The translations under genes were made by a program, and so were the position numbers. Positions 46,793-56,457 of a stretch of 64,000 bases of DNA are shown one piece after another. Under the pieces are notes generated by a model that saw only the letters and a program-made list of their open reading frames with translations, was not told where the DNA came from and did not search any database. Each line of letters opens with the position of its first letter. Within the stretch, counting starts at the first letter, position 1. The stretch is from Bacteriovoracaceae bacterium (lineage in GTDB: Bacteria > Bdellovibrionota > Bacteriovoracia > Bacteriovoracales > Bacteriovoracaceae): contig JABFRR010000003.1 of NCBI GenBank assembly GCA_013141065.1, positions 252,415 through 316,414 of the forward strand, given 5' to 3'.

Positions 46793-48379
46793 CTTACTAT
46801 TACCCACAACTTTCATCAGTTGTGGGTTTTTTGTTTTTTGGGCCCTGAGTCTAGGCCACTCTATTTAGATCTATTAACCTTTTAAGTTAAATAACTTCAA
46901 GAGGTTTTTATGACTCAAAATGATGCTTCTTCTTGGATTCAAGAAGAGTTTTCTTCTCATGCCTTTAGCGATGATCGTCTTCACAAGAGACTTTTAAAAA
47001 TTACCAAATCTCTAGCAGAGGCACCGACTTTATCTATTAATCAAGCATGTGCTGAGTGGGCAGCCGTGAAAGGTGCTTATCGATTTTTTGACAACAACTC
47101 CGTCTCAAGCGATCTTATCCTAGATCCTCATTATAGAATTACATATGAAAGGTCGTTACCTGACGATCGTATTCTTATCGTTCAAGATACTTCTAAAATT
47201 AATTATGATTCACATCGGGCAACCGAAGGACTTAGTTCTTATAGCACTTCTAAAGGATTTGAAACTCACGGCCTTATTACTCATACAGCTCTTGCAGTTA
47301 ACACGGATGGAGTTCCATTAGGAGTAATCGATCAAAAAACTTGGACGAGAAGTATTGATGATGATGTCAAAGAATTGAGTGAATATAAAAATTATAAAAG
47401 ACCAATTGAAGAAAAAGAAAGTTATAGATGGATTGAGGCTTTAAAGAAATCTAAAGAACGAATGCCAGATAAAGATATTGTAATAGTTGGAGATCGTGAA
47501 AATGATATCTATGAGTTTTTTCAAGAAGCTTTAATTGAGGATGTGAATTTTGTTGTTCGTTCATCGTCTCCTAGAACGATAGAGGATACTTCCGGACTCC
47601 ATCAAAATATGGATCACAAACTTCGGAAATTGCCTGAAATGGGGCGAGTGTGTTTACACATTCCTGCAAAGCAGGGAGTGGCGGCACGTTCAGCAGTGCT
47701 TGAACTTCGTTTTACTGAGGTTATGTTGTTAAGTAGACCAAGGGAATTAAGATTGCGAGATCAGATACGCGAGTAGATATTCCATTAAATGTAGTTGAGC
47801 TTGTTGAAAGAAATCCACCGAAAGGAATAAAAGCTCTTCACTGGAGAATTTTAACTAATTTAAAAGTTAACAATGATAAAGAAGCATTAGAAATCATTCA
47901 TTATTACAAGCAAAGATGGCAAATTGAGACATTTTTTAAAATTTTAAAATCCACGTGCAAGGTTGAGGATTGTCGACTTGGACATGCTGAAAAATTAATT
48001 AAATTTATTGCATTGAAGTCGATAATTGCCTGGAGAATTTATTGGGCAACGATGCTGAGGCGAGAATCATCAGAATTACCAGCTGATTGTATTATTACAA
48101 CGGCCGAATGGAAGTCAGCCTGGGTGACGTTAAATTACAAAAAAAATAAAAAGAAAAAAATCCCTAATCAGATTCCTGAAAAAGTCCCTACTCTTGATAC
48201 AGTTATAAAATGGATTGCTCAACTTGGAGGCTGGCTTGGTCGTAAGGGTGATGGTGAACCGGGTGTTATGAGTATTGCGAAAGGCTGGCAAAGAATAGAA
48301 TCAGGTGCAATGATGTGGGAGACAATGAATGATCAATGCAAAAAACCCACAACCGATGAAAGTTGTGGGTAATAGTAAG
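46793..48379 (+). mobile_element. IS4 family (IS50/Tn5-like) insertion sequence, 1587 bp
   Basis: 41-bp TIRs (46793-46833 / 48339-48379, 1 mismatch); 10-bp TSD GGCATTCGCT (46783-46792 / 48380-48389). Confidence 0.95.
46910..48372 (+). pseudogene. IS4/Tn5-type transposase with a frameshift near 47740
   Basis: VQDTS and VGDRENDIY in the first frame; YKQRWQIETFFKILK (YREK) and LGGWLGRKGDGEPG in the second frame, open from 47737. Confidence 0.88.
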
Positions 48380-48737
48380 GGCATTCGCTAAGTCAGCATC
48401 ATGTTCGCTTTTTGTGAGTGATCCTGTAATTAATCACACAATTTTTGGAAGAAATTCAGGGTCAAATAAAGTCAATTCTGGAGTAATAAGAAAACTTCAA
48501 GATGCAGGTTTTTCAATAACAACTAATGAAAATAAGGCCCAATTTACTATGAATACAGAGGTTCGTTGTGGGCAGACATTAACAATCTTTGGTTTTTCAA
48601 ATGCATGCCAAACAGAAGTTACTTTTATCAATAATATAGAGGAAAAAGTTGCTTATACTGATGGCCTAACTGCTCCGAATGCTGGTTTAAACATTGATTT
48701 TAACTCTATTAATTTTCCACTTTGTAAAGACCTCTAA

Positions 48738-48784
48738 TTTAACATCACTGCGCTAAACAATATGTTTAGTGCAGTGAAGTTAAA
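48738..48784 (+). terminator. 22-bp near-perfect hairpin directly after the interrupted gene's stop
   Basis: TTTAACATCACTGCGCTAAACA-ATA-TGTTTAGTGCAGTGAAGTTAAA (1 mismatch, 1 G-T). Confidence 0.55.
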
Positions 48785-49073
48785 ATACTAAATTATCTTA
48801 TGAATCAAACATCAGAATCTTTATACAAAATACAGCTGCGATACTTAATGTTATTTTAAAAAATGCGGAAATTACTGATTCTATACCCATTTCTTTTTGT
48901 CTCATTTTTAATAATTTTTCATGTGGGCACCTCTATCGTCTAGATTATTTTTAATTCAAGCGAAAAAAGCATATTTTTTTAAAATTGCTTTGTTTAATTT
49001 TTTCTCACATAATTTATTTATCAAGTATAATGTACTTTCAATATGTTCAAAAATTAGTTATCTCTCGGAGATT

Positions 49074-49616
49074 ATGTATAAACCTAAAAGATTAAAACTC
49101 TCACTCAGAATGAAGCTATTTTTAGACTCAGCTCTTCAAAATGATTCATTTTGGGATCTTTGTTGTGATCACGGATATGTGGGGCTTGGTGCCCTCGTGT
49201 TAAATAATCATGAAAAATCTTTTACTTCAGTTTATTTTGTTGATCAAGTTTCACATATTATGAAGTCGCTTCAACTTAGAATTGATCATCTTTATAATAA
49301 ACCCAATATTCCTTATGCGCTTTATTGTTTACCAGCAGAAGATCTTGATGTTGATTTAACAGGAACAGTGCTTATTGCAGGTGTTGGGGGTTTTACGATT
49401 AAGAAAATATTAAGCAATCTATTATCTAAGAACAAATTAAAGGCCAAACGACTTTTACTTTCACCCCACACAGATGTAAAAATACTGGAAGAATATATTG
49501 CATTTGATGAATATCAAAAGTGCTATTTTTTAAAAGACAAATTGAGTGTTGTTGTTGGTAAAAAAGAAAAACCATTTTATATTTTAGATCAAAAAAATAT
49601 CAAGGAGATCTCGTGA
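49074..49616 (+). CDS. trmK: tRNA (adenine-22-N1)-methyltransferase-like protein
   Basis: WDLCCDHGY, VLIAGVGGFTI; GGAG RBS supports start 49074. Confidence 0.65.
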   Translation: MYKPKRLKLSLRMKLFLDSALQNDSFWDLCCDHGYVGLGALVLNNHEKSFTSVYFVDQVSHIMKSLQLRIDHLYNKPNIPYALYCLPAEDLDVDLTGTVLIAGVGGFTIKKILSNLLSKNKLKAKRLLLSPHTDVKILEEYIAFDEYQKCYFLKDKLSVVVGKKEKPFYILDQKNIKEIS

Positions 49617-50055
49617 GTCAGGTGAATGCTAACTTGTTTTATCCATGTCTTGGGATGCTTGTCCTCACTTTTATCGTTTTAGTTCATATGTTTATAACTA
49701 GAGTTGTCGCTTTAAAATCAAAAGAAGTGAGGATGAGTTATTTTAGAACTTTTAGTTCTAAAATTGACACACTTCCAGATCGTATGCGCAGGCTTCTAGG
49801 AATTTTACTAATTTATTTGAAGTTCCAACTCTTTTTTATATGCTCTGTCTTTTTGCCACAGTACTCAATCAAGTCGACCAGGTGCTTGTGGTCATGGCCT
49901 GGGTTTATGTATTCATTAGATGTTTTCACTCTTTTATTCATCTCACTAATAATAATATTACCTACAGAAGTATTTCTTATGGACTAAGTTGGCTTGTGCT
50001 CATATTTTTTGCTGCCAGACTTGCTCTTAAGTTGATGTATTTGAATTTCTTCTAA
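49613..50055 (+). pseudogene. MAPEG family membrane protein with a 1-nt frameshift near 49787
   Basis: Frame 1 gives the TM helix and ...LPDRM; frame 2 gives QASRNFTNLFEVPTLFY...AWVYVFIR..HS.IH. Confidence 0.8.
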
Positions 50056-51241
50056 AGAACATAAGCAATAGGCAAAGCCCAGTTATTAGAGCTGCTGCAT
50101 AGTAGGGGGCTCCTGGAATATTTCCTGCTTCACGGTGAGTGTAATAAGCAAATAAATTTGTATAAATAAGTGGGCCTAATATAGCTGTAAGACTGGTTAG
50201 TGAGACTAATGTTCCTTGCAATTCTCCTTGTAGACCTGCATCTCCATCTTTGGTAATTAATGATTGAAGTGAAGGCATAGTAATACCAGTAAAAAGTAGT
50301 AATGAGGTTACGGCATAAATCATCCATGCTTTTTCGACTATTCCATAAAGAAAAAAGGCGAGTATCAAAACGCAAGATCCGTAAATCACAGATTTATATT
50401 CGCCAATTTTAGTGGTGATAAAACGAGTTGAAAGCCCTTGGCCTAATCCAAAGGCGAGGCCCACAACGGTGAGTGAAAGACCTACTTGTAATGAATTCCA
50501 GCCAAATTTGTAATGGGTGTATAAGGCCCAAATACTTGGATGTGATTGTCCTGCCAAGTTTGTGAGAAAAAATGCCCAAATGAGAGTTGTTCCATTTGAC
50601 CGAAAGAGGACTTTAAATACTGATTTAAAGGGATTCATTTGAGAAAAATCAATTTTGTTTTTTCTTTTTTCCTTTATAAGTGATTCTGGTAAAACAAATA
50701 ATCCAAAAACAAAATTCGATAAAGTTAAAACAGCTGCAACAATAAAAGGTAAGTGGTGACCGTAACTTCCTACAAGTCCGCCTAAGGCAGGGCCCACAAC
50801 AAAACCTACACCAAAAGCGGCGCCAACAAGTCCAAAGTTTCCCGTGCGATTTTTATCGTTTGAAATATCTGCAATATATGAAGAAGCAACAGTAAGACTT
50901 GCACCTGTAAGACCTGAAATAATTCGTCCAATAAATAAGAGTAATAAACTAGGGGAATAGGCCATAAGTAAATAATCTATTCCCGATCCAAATAAAGCGA
51001 CCAAGAGCACTGGCCTTCTTCCAAAACGATCTGAAAGTGAACCTAAAAAAGGGGATGCCAGAAAAAGCATAAGGCTATAAATGGAGATAAAATATCCAAA
51101 GTAGGTACTTACAAAAGCCTCATCTGTACCAAAACGCCTGATAACTTCTGGAAGAATCGGTACAATTAGGCCAATGCCAATAGCATCTAAGAGAATTGTT
51201 ATAAATATAAAAGTCATGCGTGCTTCAGATTTTTTCATCAA
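50027..51241 (-). CDS. TetA-like MFS efflux transporter
   Basis: LDAIGIGLIVPILP, LSDRFGRRPVLL, GPALGG, LPESL, QGELQG. Confidence 0.9.
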   Translation of the reverse strand: MMKKSEARMTFIFITILLDAIGIGLIVPILPEVIRRFGTDEAFVSTYFGYFISIYSLMLFLASPFLGSLSDRFGRRPVLLVALFGSGIDYLLMAYSPSLLLLFIGRIISGLTGASLTVASSYIADISNDKNRTGNFGLVGAAFGVGFVVGPALGGLVGSYGHHLPFIVAAVLTLSNFVFGLFVLPESLIKEKRKNKIDFSQMNPFKSVFKVLFRSNGTTLIWAFFLTNLAGQSHPSIWALYTHYKFGWNSLQVGLSLTVVGLAFGLGQGLSTRFITTKIGEYKSVIYGSCVLILAFFLYGIVEKAWMIYAVTSLLLFTGITMPSLQSLITKDGDAGLQGELQGTLVSLTSLTAILGPLIYTNLFAYYTHREAGNIPGAPYYAAALITGLCLLLMFFRRNSNTST

Positions 51242-51454
51242 TTAATTATGATGAAGTATTCACTTGTTGTCAGTTTAGTTCTTAATGCTTTAGTCATTTT
51301 TGGACAAAATGATACTTAAATTCTTTGAGAAAATATCATTTACTTAAAAAATCTTACAATTGAGTCTTTTGTGACAAGGCAAAACATATTGAGATGGCCA
51401 ATCTTGGATGAATCAATTTACTTTGCCAAAAAATTGTAGTGTCGGGGAGTTTTT

Positions 51455-52453
51455 ATGAAAATTAAAATGATGAGCAAGCTTAATCAAATGAAATATTTTG
51501 CTGTCTTGTTGCTGGCAGTACTTTTTTTAATCCTCTATTCCTTCAATGCATTTTCTCAGTCTGAAGTGCCGATGGGAGTAGATGATACTTTTTCGATGCA
51601 AGCTTCTCAGGCCATTTACAAACCAGAAGTCAGATATATTGAATACGAATCAACTTGCTCACGAGAAGTTTATGATGGAACAGTGTCAACTTGTTCTTCG
51701 GGAAGAACTGAACGCCGATGTCGCAAGATCTCTGGTGTTGGTGAAGAGTGTTGGGAGGAAACTGAAGAGATCTGTAGTGATGTAGAGACGACTAGAACAG
51801 AGACATATAGCTGCACTAAAGTTGATCGTGTAGTTGAGCAGGTATATGACTATAATGTCACTGCTAATATTAATGTAGTGAAATCACTTCGTTCAAAAAA
51901 CTATGATCTTGGACAATGTTATTTTGGTGTCAGATTAGAAGCAAGTTCAGAATCTTTTTATGCTCGTTGTAATGAAGCTATAATAAGAATAAATATTTTA
52001 GAACGCAAAGAAACGATTGATCAAAGAAACAAAAATAGAAATATAGTTCTGGAGCTTGATTTTTTTCCAATAGCAGAATTAAATGCATTAAAGTTTGGAT
52101 TAGTTGATTTAAAATTTACTAATAATAAACTAACATTCAATTCATTTGATCTCACTAAGTCTTCAAACTATAAACTGACTGTTGTATTATCGAGGAACAG
52201 AATTCTTCTTAAAGATAAAGTTATCTTAACTAAAGTCTTAAGTGCCAGTGATTTAAAAATCATCTCTCAGGATAAAAATGGACTTTCTTTATTCGAAGTT
52301 GATTTGCAAAAATTAAGTGGTGGTTTTGATTCAACTAAAAAGCACAATCTAAAAGTTGAATTAAAAACAATTAAAAGTGTTGATGTTTCAAACTCTATTA
52401 ATTTACCGGCCCTCACGAACATTCATAATAATTCTTTAATTATCAATAATTAA
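51455..52453 (+). CDS. exported protein with Cys-rich N-terminal domain
   Basis: GGGGAG RBS, signal peptide, six Cys in ~55 aa. Confidence 0.65.
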   Translation: MKIKMMSKLNQMKYFAVLLLAVLFLILYSFNAFSQSEVPMGVDDTFSMQASQAIYKPEVRYIEYESTCSREVYDGTVSTCSSGRTERRCRKISGVGEECWEETEEICSDVETTRTETYSCTKVDRVVEQVYDYNVTANINVVKSLRSKNYDLGQCYFGVRLEASSESFYARCNEAIIRINILERKETIDQRNKNRNIVLELDFFPIAELNALKFGLVDLKFTNNKLTFNSFDLTKSSNYKLTVVLSRNRILLKDKVILTKVLSASDLKIISQDKNGLSLFEVDLQKLSGGFDSTKKHNLKVELKTIKSVDVSNSINLPALTNIHNNSLIINN

Positions 52454-52547
52454 CTGTGCTTTTAATGTATTTGGGTGAGAGTCTGTAAAGATTTCACGAC
52501 GTCCTAATCTACTTTAAAGTTTGACTAATTCCTCTTATAAGTAGCGC

Positions 52548-53045
52548 ATGAAAACACAAACTATAATTTTTAGTTTTTTAACTCTTTGTCTTTATATTTC
52601 TAAGTATAACTCAGAGGCCATGGCATCTGGGTTTCCTCAATCTCCTGATTTAACTATAACGACTGGGAAATTATGTGATCAACCAGTCAAACACCGTTAC
52701 CCCGAGAACATTGCTTACTGTGAAAGAGATGTCACTTATCAAACTAAAGAAATAGTTATCAATGAATATGATCAGAAAAAAGGATACACAATTTCAAGTC
52801 TTCCAAGAGCAGATTTTAAAATAGACCATCTTATACCACTTTGTGCTGGCGGGTCTAACGACGTAGAAAATCTTTGGCCACAACATAAGTCAGTCTATGT
52901 TAAAACAGATCCAATAGAACCCGTTCTTTGTGAAAAGATGGCCATGGGAAGATTAAAACAAGCTGATGCCGTTCGAATAATCATCGAAGCCAAGACTTTT
53001 CACGAAAAAATTCCGACATTAAGTAAATACGTGAACAAACTTTAA
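52548..53045 (+). CDS. secreted HNH-type nuclease
   Basis: Signal peptide; IDHLIPLCAGGSND.ENLWPQ. Confidence 0.7.
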   Translation: MKTQTIIFSFLTLCLYISKYNSEAMASGFPQSPDLTITTGKLCDQPVKHRYPENIAYCERDVTYQTKEIVINEYDQKKGYTISSLPRADFKIDHLIPLCAGGSNDVENLWPQHKSVYVKTDPIEPVLCEKMAMGRLKQADAVRIIIEAKTFHEKIPTLSKYVNKL

Positions 53046-54215
53046 TTATTGTTTATAATTCTTGAGAAAAATATTGAGTTCTCTAGCGCCTTCAACAATC
53101 ATTTGTGTTTCACAACTAAAGGCCAAACGTATTGATTGAAGACTTGATTTTGTCTCACCAAAACAACTTCCTGGTGCATTTCCAATTCCCTTTTGAGCCA
53201 AATCTTCAGAAAGTTTTTCCACGTCTAAACCTTCTTTGACCCTGCACCAAAGATAAAAAGCAGCTTTAGGAACATAGGGAGTGAGAATATCTTGGCCTTT
53301 GAGAGAATCTAAAAACAAATTTCTTCGTTTTAAATATTCTGCATTCATTTCATCCATCCAACTTTGTGGAGTATCTTTGACAGCGTGAATGGCTCCCCAT
53401 TGAGTAACGCTATTGATTCCATTTACTGTACACCTGAGCAATTTAGCTGCTCTGTCATTAAATAGTTGGTGAGTCGAAACAAAATAACCAACTCTCATTC
53501 CACTCATGGCATATGATTTTGAATAAGAAAAAACGGAAACTATTTTTTCATAAGTAGGAATCAATGAAGCGATTGACGTATGTGTCCCGCCATCAAATAA
53601 AATATGCTCATAGGCTTCGTCACTGACAATCCATAAATTATTTTTAACAGCAAGATCAGCAATCTTTTTAAGTTCTTCAACTGGAATAATAGCACCCGTT
53701 GGATTTTGTGGAGAATTTAAAAAAATGACTTTGGTTTTTTTGGTAATGGCCTTTTCAATTTCAGCCGCTGCATAGACATAATTTGTTTCAGGTTTTAATT
53801 CAATTCCAATAGTTTTAGCTCCTGCAAGTCGGGCATTTTCGACTGCCTCAGTCCACATGGGATCAGGTACGATAACTTCGTCTCCCTCTTCTATAATACA
53901 TTGATAAGTGACATATAAAGCATGCATGGCCCCATTGGTAATCGATACATGTGAAGCTTTAACCGGGATTTTATTTTGAGTGTTGAGTTTGGTGGCAAGG
54001 GCCTCTCTTAATTCTGGTATTCCATTATTTGGAATGTAGTGAGTTTTGTTGGCTTCGAGTGCTTTGATGACGGCACTTTTTACATTGGGATGAACGTCAA
54101 AACTGGGGTCACCCGATTCAAAACGATAGATTTTTTGTCCGTCCTTTTGTGCCTGCATAAGTTTTTCTCTGATGACGACAATTTTACCAAGCGAGATGTT
54201 ATCGAGACGATTCAT
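53046..54215 (-). CDS. PLP-dependent aminotransferase class I/II
   Basis: NSPQNPTG, VSDEAYE, SYSKSYAMSGMRVGY. Confidence 0.92.
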   Translation of the reverse strand: MNRLDNISLGKIVVIREKLMQAQKDGQKIYRFESGDPSFDVHPNVKSAVIKALEANKTHYIPNNGIPELREALATKLNTQNKIPVKASHVSITNGAMHALYVTYQCIIEEGDEVIVPDPMWTEAVENARLAGAKTIGIELKPETNYVYAAAEIEKAITKKTKVIFLNSPQNPTGAIIPVEELKKIADLAVKNNLWIVSDEAYEHILFDGGTHTSIASLIPTYEKIVSVFSYSKSYAMSGMRVGYFVSTHQLFNDRAAKLLRCTVNGINSVTQWGAIHAVKDTPQSWMDEMNAEYLKRRNLFLDSLKGQDILTPYVPKAAFYLWCRVKEGLDVEKLSEDLAQKGIGNAPGSCFGETKSSLQSIRLAFSCETQMIVEGARELNIFLKNYKQ

Positions 54216-54235
54216 TGAGTTGACTCCCTAAGTTG

Positions 54236-55022
54236 TTAGTATAGTGAAAATTTGCAGCGATTTAAAAGATAAGCATCAAAAGCAACATTTGAGATTAGTT
54301 TCTTATTAAAAAAGACATTGTTGCCTTTTTTAGAATCAGTGAACCACAACTCACTTACTGGAACTAAGCAATTTTTTTGTCCCTTCTTTTTTATGGTAAC
54401 AATTTTTTTTGCATTTATTGCATCAAAGCCAATAGGCCAATCAGCTAGAGCACTGGCTTCAATGACGACACCAGAACCTGTGTATTCAACGTTAGGAATA
54501 AGAGCTTCTCCTTGAGAATTTTGCTTGATAGGCCCTTCTTTTAAAACACCTCGGAGAATTTCTAGAGTTTTTGCATTATAAACAACTTCTTCTTTGGTCG
54601 GTAACGTCACAATGATCTCATCAGACTCATAACGAATGGCCGGAAGAATTTCGCGTGGGAAAAAAAACATAATTTTTAAATGAGCATGACTTTCGTATTC
54701 GTCTGGGGCATCCCATAGTAGTAGACCCATATCTGATCTGGCCAAGTCTTCAAACATAAATTCATATTCACGGCCGAGGTTAAACCCTTCCATTGGAACA
54801 ATTTTATTGACCCCTGAATTTTTAAATTTCATCTTTTGGGTTAACGGCAAAGCAGACATCCCAATAAAGATGATCTCTAGTAAGGCATCTAGTACTACTG
54901 AGATGATGTTCATTAGATTCTTTAAAAGGCACTTGAATGACAGTTTCATCAAAAGTAACTGGTGCCGCACTTAAGGATAGACTTATAAATAAGCTGAAAA
55001 ATAAGGCTTTGAAAAATGGCAT
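54236..55022 (-). pseudogene. exported hypothetical protein with a 1-nt frameshift near 54825
   Basis: GGAG RBS and signal peptide ORF (55022-54822) ends at ATT TAA; removing one base continues into KNSGVNKIVPMEG... to 54236. Confidence 0.7.
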
Positions 55023-55355
55023 GAGTGTCTCCGAGGTAAATCGGTTTTGGATTCATGATATTGTTCATTAATTATTTCGATTAAAAAAGTGAAAAAGACA
55101 ACTTTTTGATTAAAAACTCGCAAAATCCAACTTCGCAGGTACAAAAATAGAAAAAACCCGACCAAAAAACTAGGTAGTAGCTCTTTGTAAATGAATTTGA
55201 GTTCAAATGAGAGTGTCAAAAAATACCAGATCAGTTTCCTTGTACCAAAATTTGAAAACTGAGCTAAAATATTAATTAAATAAGCCGTTAAGGAATAAAA
55301 ATACAAGACTTTACAAGAATGTAAAATGTTCTCAATAAGACTAGGAGTCAACAAA

Positions 55356-55967
55356 ATGGAATTGTTACAATTATTTAAGCAAGGTGGATTTATCATGTAC
55401 CCGCTATTGATTTTTTCAATCGCAGCGTGGACAGTTGGAATTCAAAAGATTTGGTTTCTCATTAATTTTAATAAACAAGCAAAATATTTTTACGAAGAAG
55501 GAATGAGAATCATTCAGTCAAAACGTTTTAATGAAATGGAATGGCTTTATAAAAACTGTCCTGAAATTATTGCAAAACCACACTCAGCAATTTTTGAAGA
55601 AGCTTCTTCACCTGAGGAATGGGAATCTCGCATGCAAAGAAGACTTAATGAAACGACAATGGGCCTTAAGAAAAATATTTGGGTTCTCGGTACTGTCGGT
55701 TCAAGTGCTCCGTTTGTTGGTCTCTTTGGAACAGTTTGGGGGATCATGGGATCGTTTAAAGAAATTGGAGCTGCCGGTAAAGCGGGTTTTGCGATTGTTT
55801 CTTCTTCGATTTCAGAAGCACTTATTGCTACTGCTGCAGGTATCTTAGTGGCAGTCATTGCTGTTATGTTTTATAACTACATACTTGTAAAAATTTCTGA
55901 AGCCCTAGCTAATTTCAAAAATGGTCTTGGTGATATGGCCGAATCATTTAATGCAGCTAAAAAATAG
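55356..55967 (+). CDS. MotA/TolQ/ExbB proton channel
   Basis: GGFIMYPL, LGTVGSSAPFVGLFGTVWGI, ISEALIATAAG. Confidence 0.92.
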   Translation: MELLQLFKQGGFIMYPLLIFSIAAWTVGIQKIWFLINFNKQAKYFYEEGMRIIQSKRFNEMEWLYKNCPEIIAKPHSAIFEEASSPEEWESRMQRRLNETTMGLKKNIWVLGTVGSSAPFVGLFGTVWGIMGSFKEIGAAGKAGFAIVSSSISEALIATAAGILVAVIAVMFYNYILVKISEALANFKNGLGDMAESFNAAKK

Positions 55968-55976
55968 GAGCTCAAT

Positions 55977-56420
55977 ATGTCAATGGGAAGTTTAAATAGT
56001 AATAATTCAGATGGTGAAGAAAGTATTGTTTCTGAAATCAACATGACTCCGTTGATTGATATCATGCTCGTTTTATTAATTATCTTTATGGTTACCAGCA
56101 CAGCTGCTTTAGAGTCGGGCTTAGATATTGAATTGCCAAAAACTGCAATTACCAATGAAAAAAAACAAGACGAAATTCTTATCATTACTCTTAGTAAAGA
56201 TGGAAAAGTGGCCCTGCAAGGAAAATTTGTTGATCCTACTAAGTTGTCTGAAGAAATGGTCGCAAAACTAGCTGAGCTAAAAACGGAGTCTGTTATTCTT
56301 GAAGGAGACACACAGGCATTTTTAGGTAGAGCAGTAGAGATTATGGATATTGCTAAAAATGCAGGAGCAAAGAATTTTTCGATTGCTGCTGAAGAAGATC
56401 CTTCTAAGCGATTAAAGTAA
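55977..56420 (+). CDS. ExbD/TolR family protein
   Basis: EINMTPLIDIMLVLLIIFMVT. Confidence 0.93.
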   Translation: MSMGSLNSNNSDGEESIVSEINMTPLIDIMLVLLIIFMVTSTAALESGLDIELPKTAITNEKKQDEILIITLSKDGKVALQGKFVDPTKLSEEMVAKLAELKTESVILEGDTQAFLGRAVEIMDIAKNAGAKNFSIAAEEDPSKRLK

Positions 56421-56457
56421 TAAAGTTTTTTTCTGTTTTATTATTAAGAGGATCAAC

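Larger units (their letters stand above)
46722..48737 (+). pseudogene. secreted Cys-containing protein gene interrupted by the IS4 element (5' piece 46722-46792, 3' piece 48380-48737)
   Basis: Removing the IS and one TSD joins ...KALVFCFLATFIIAPAFA to KSASCSLFVSDP in frame. ATG 46722 needs one more T in the T6 run to be in frame. Confidence 0.7.

Noticed and set aside
38260-46800. Shared 11-mer GCTCTTACTAT at 38260 and 46790
   Set aside because: AT-rich 11-mer matches are expected by chance in 64 kb; at 46790 it spans the TSD/TIR junction
54983-55396. 137-aa minus-strand ORF
   Set aside because: Spans the divergent promoter region and overlaps both flanking starts; composition is not protein-like
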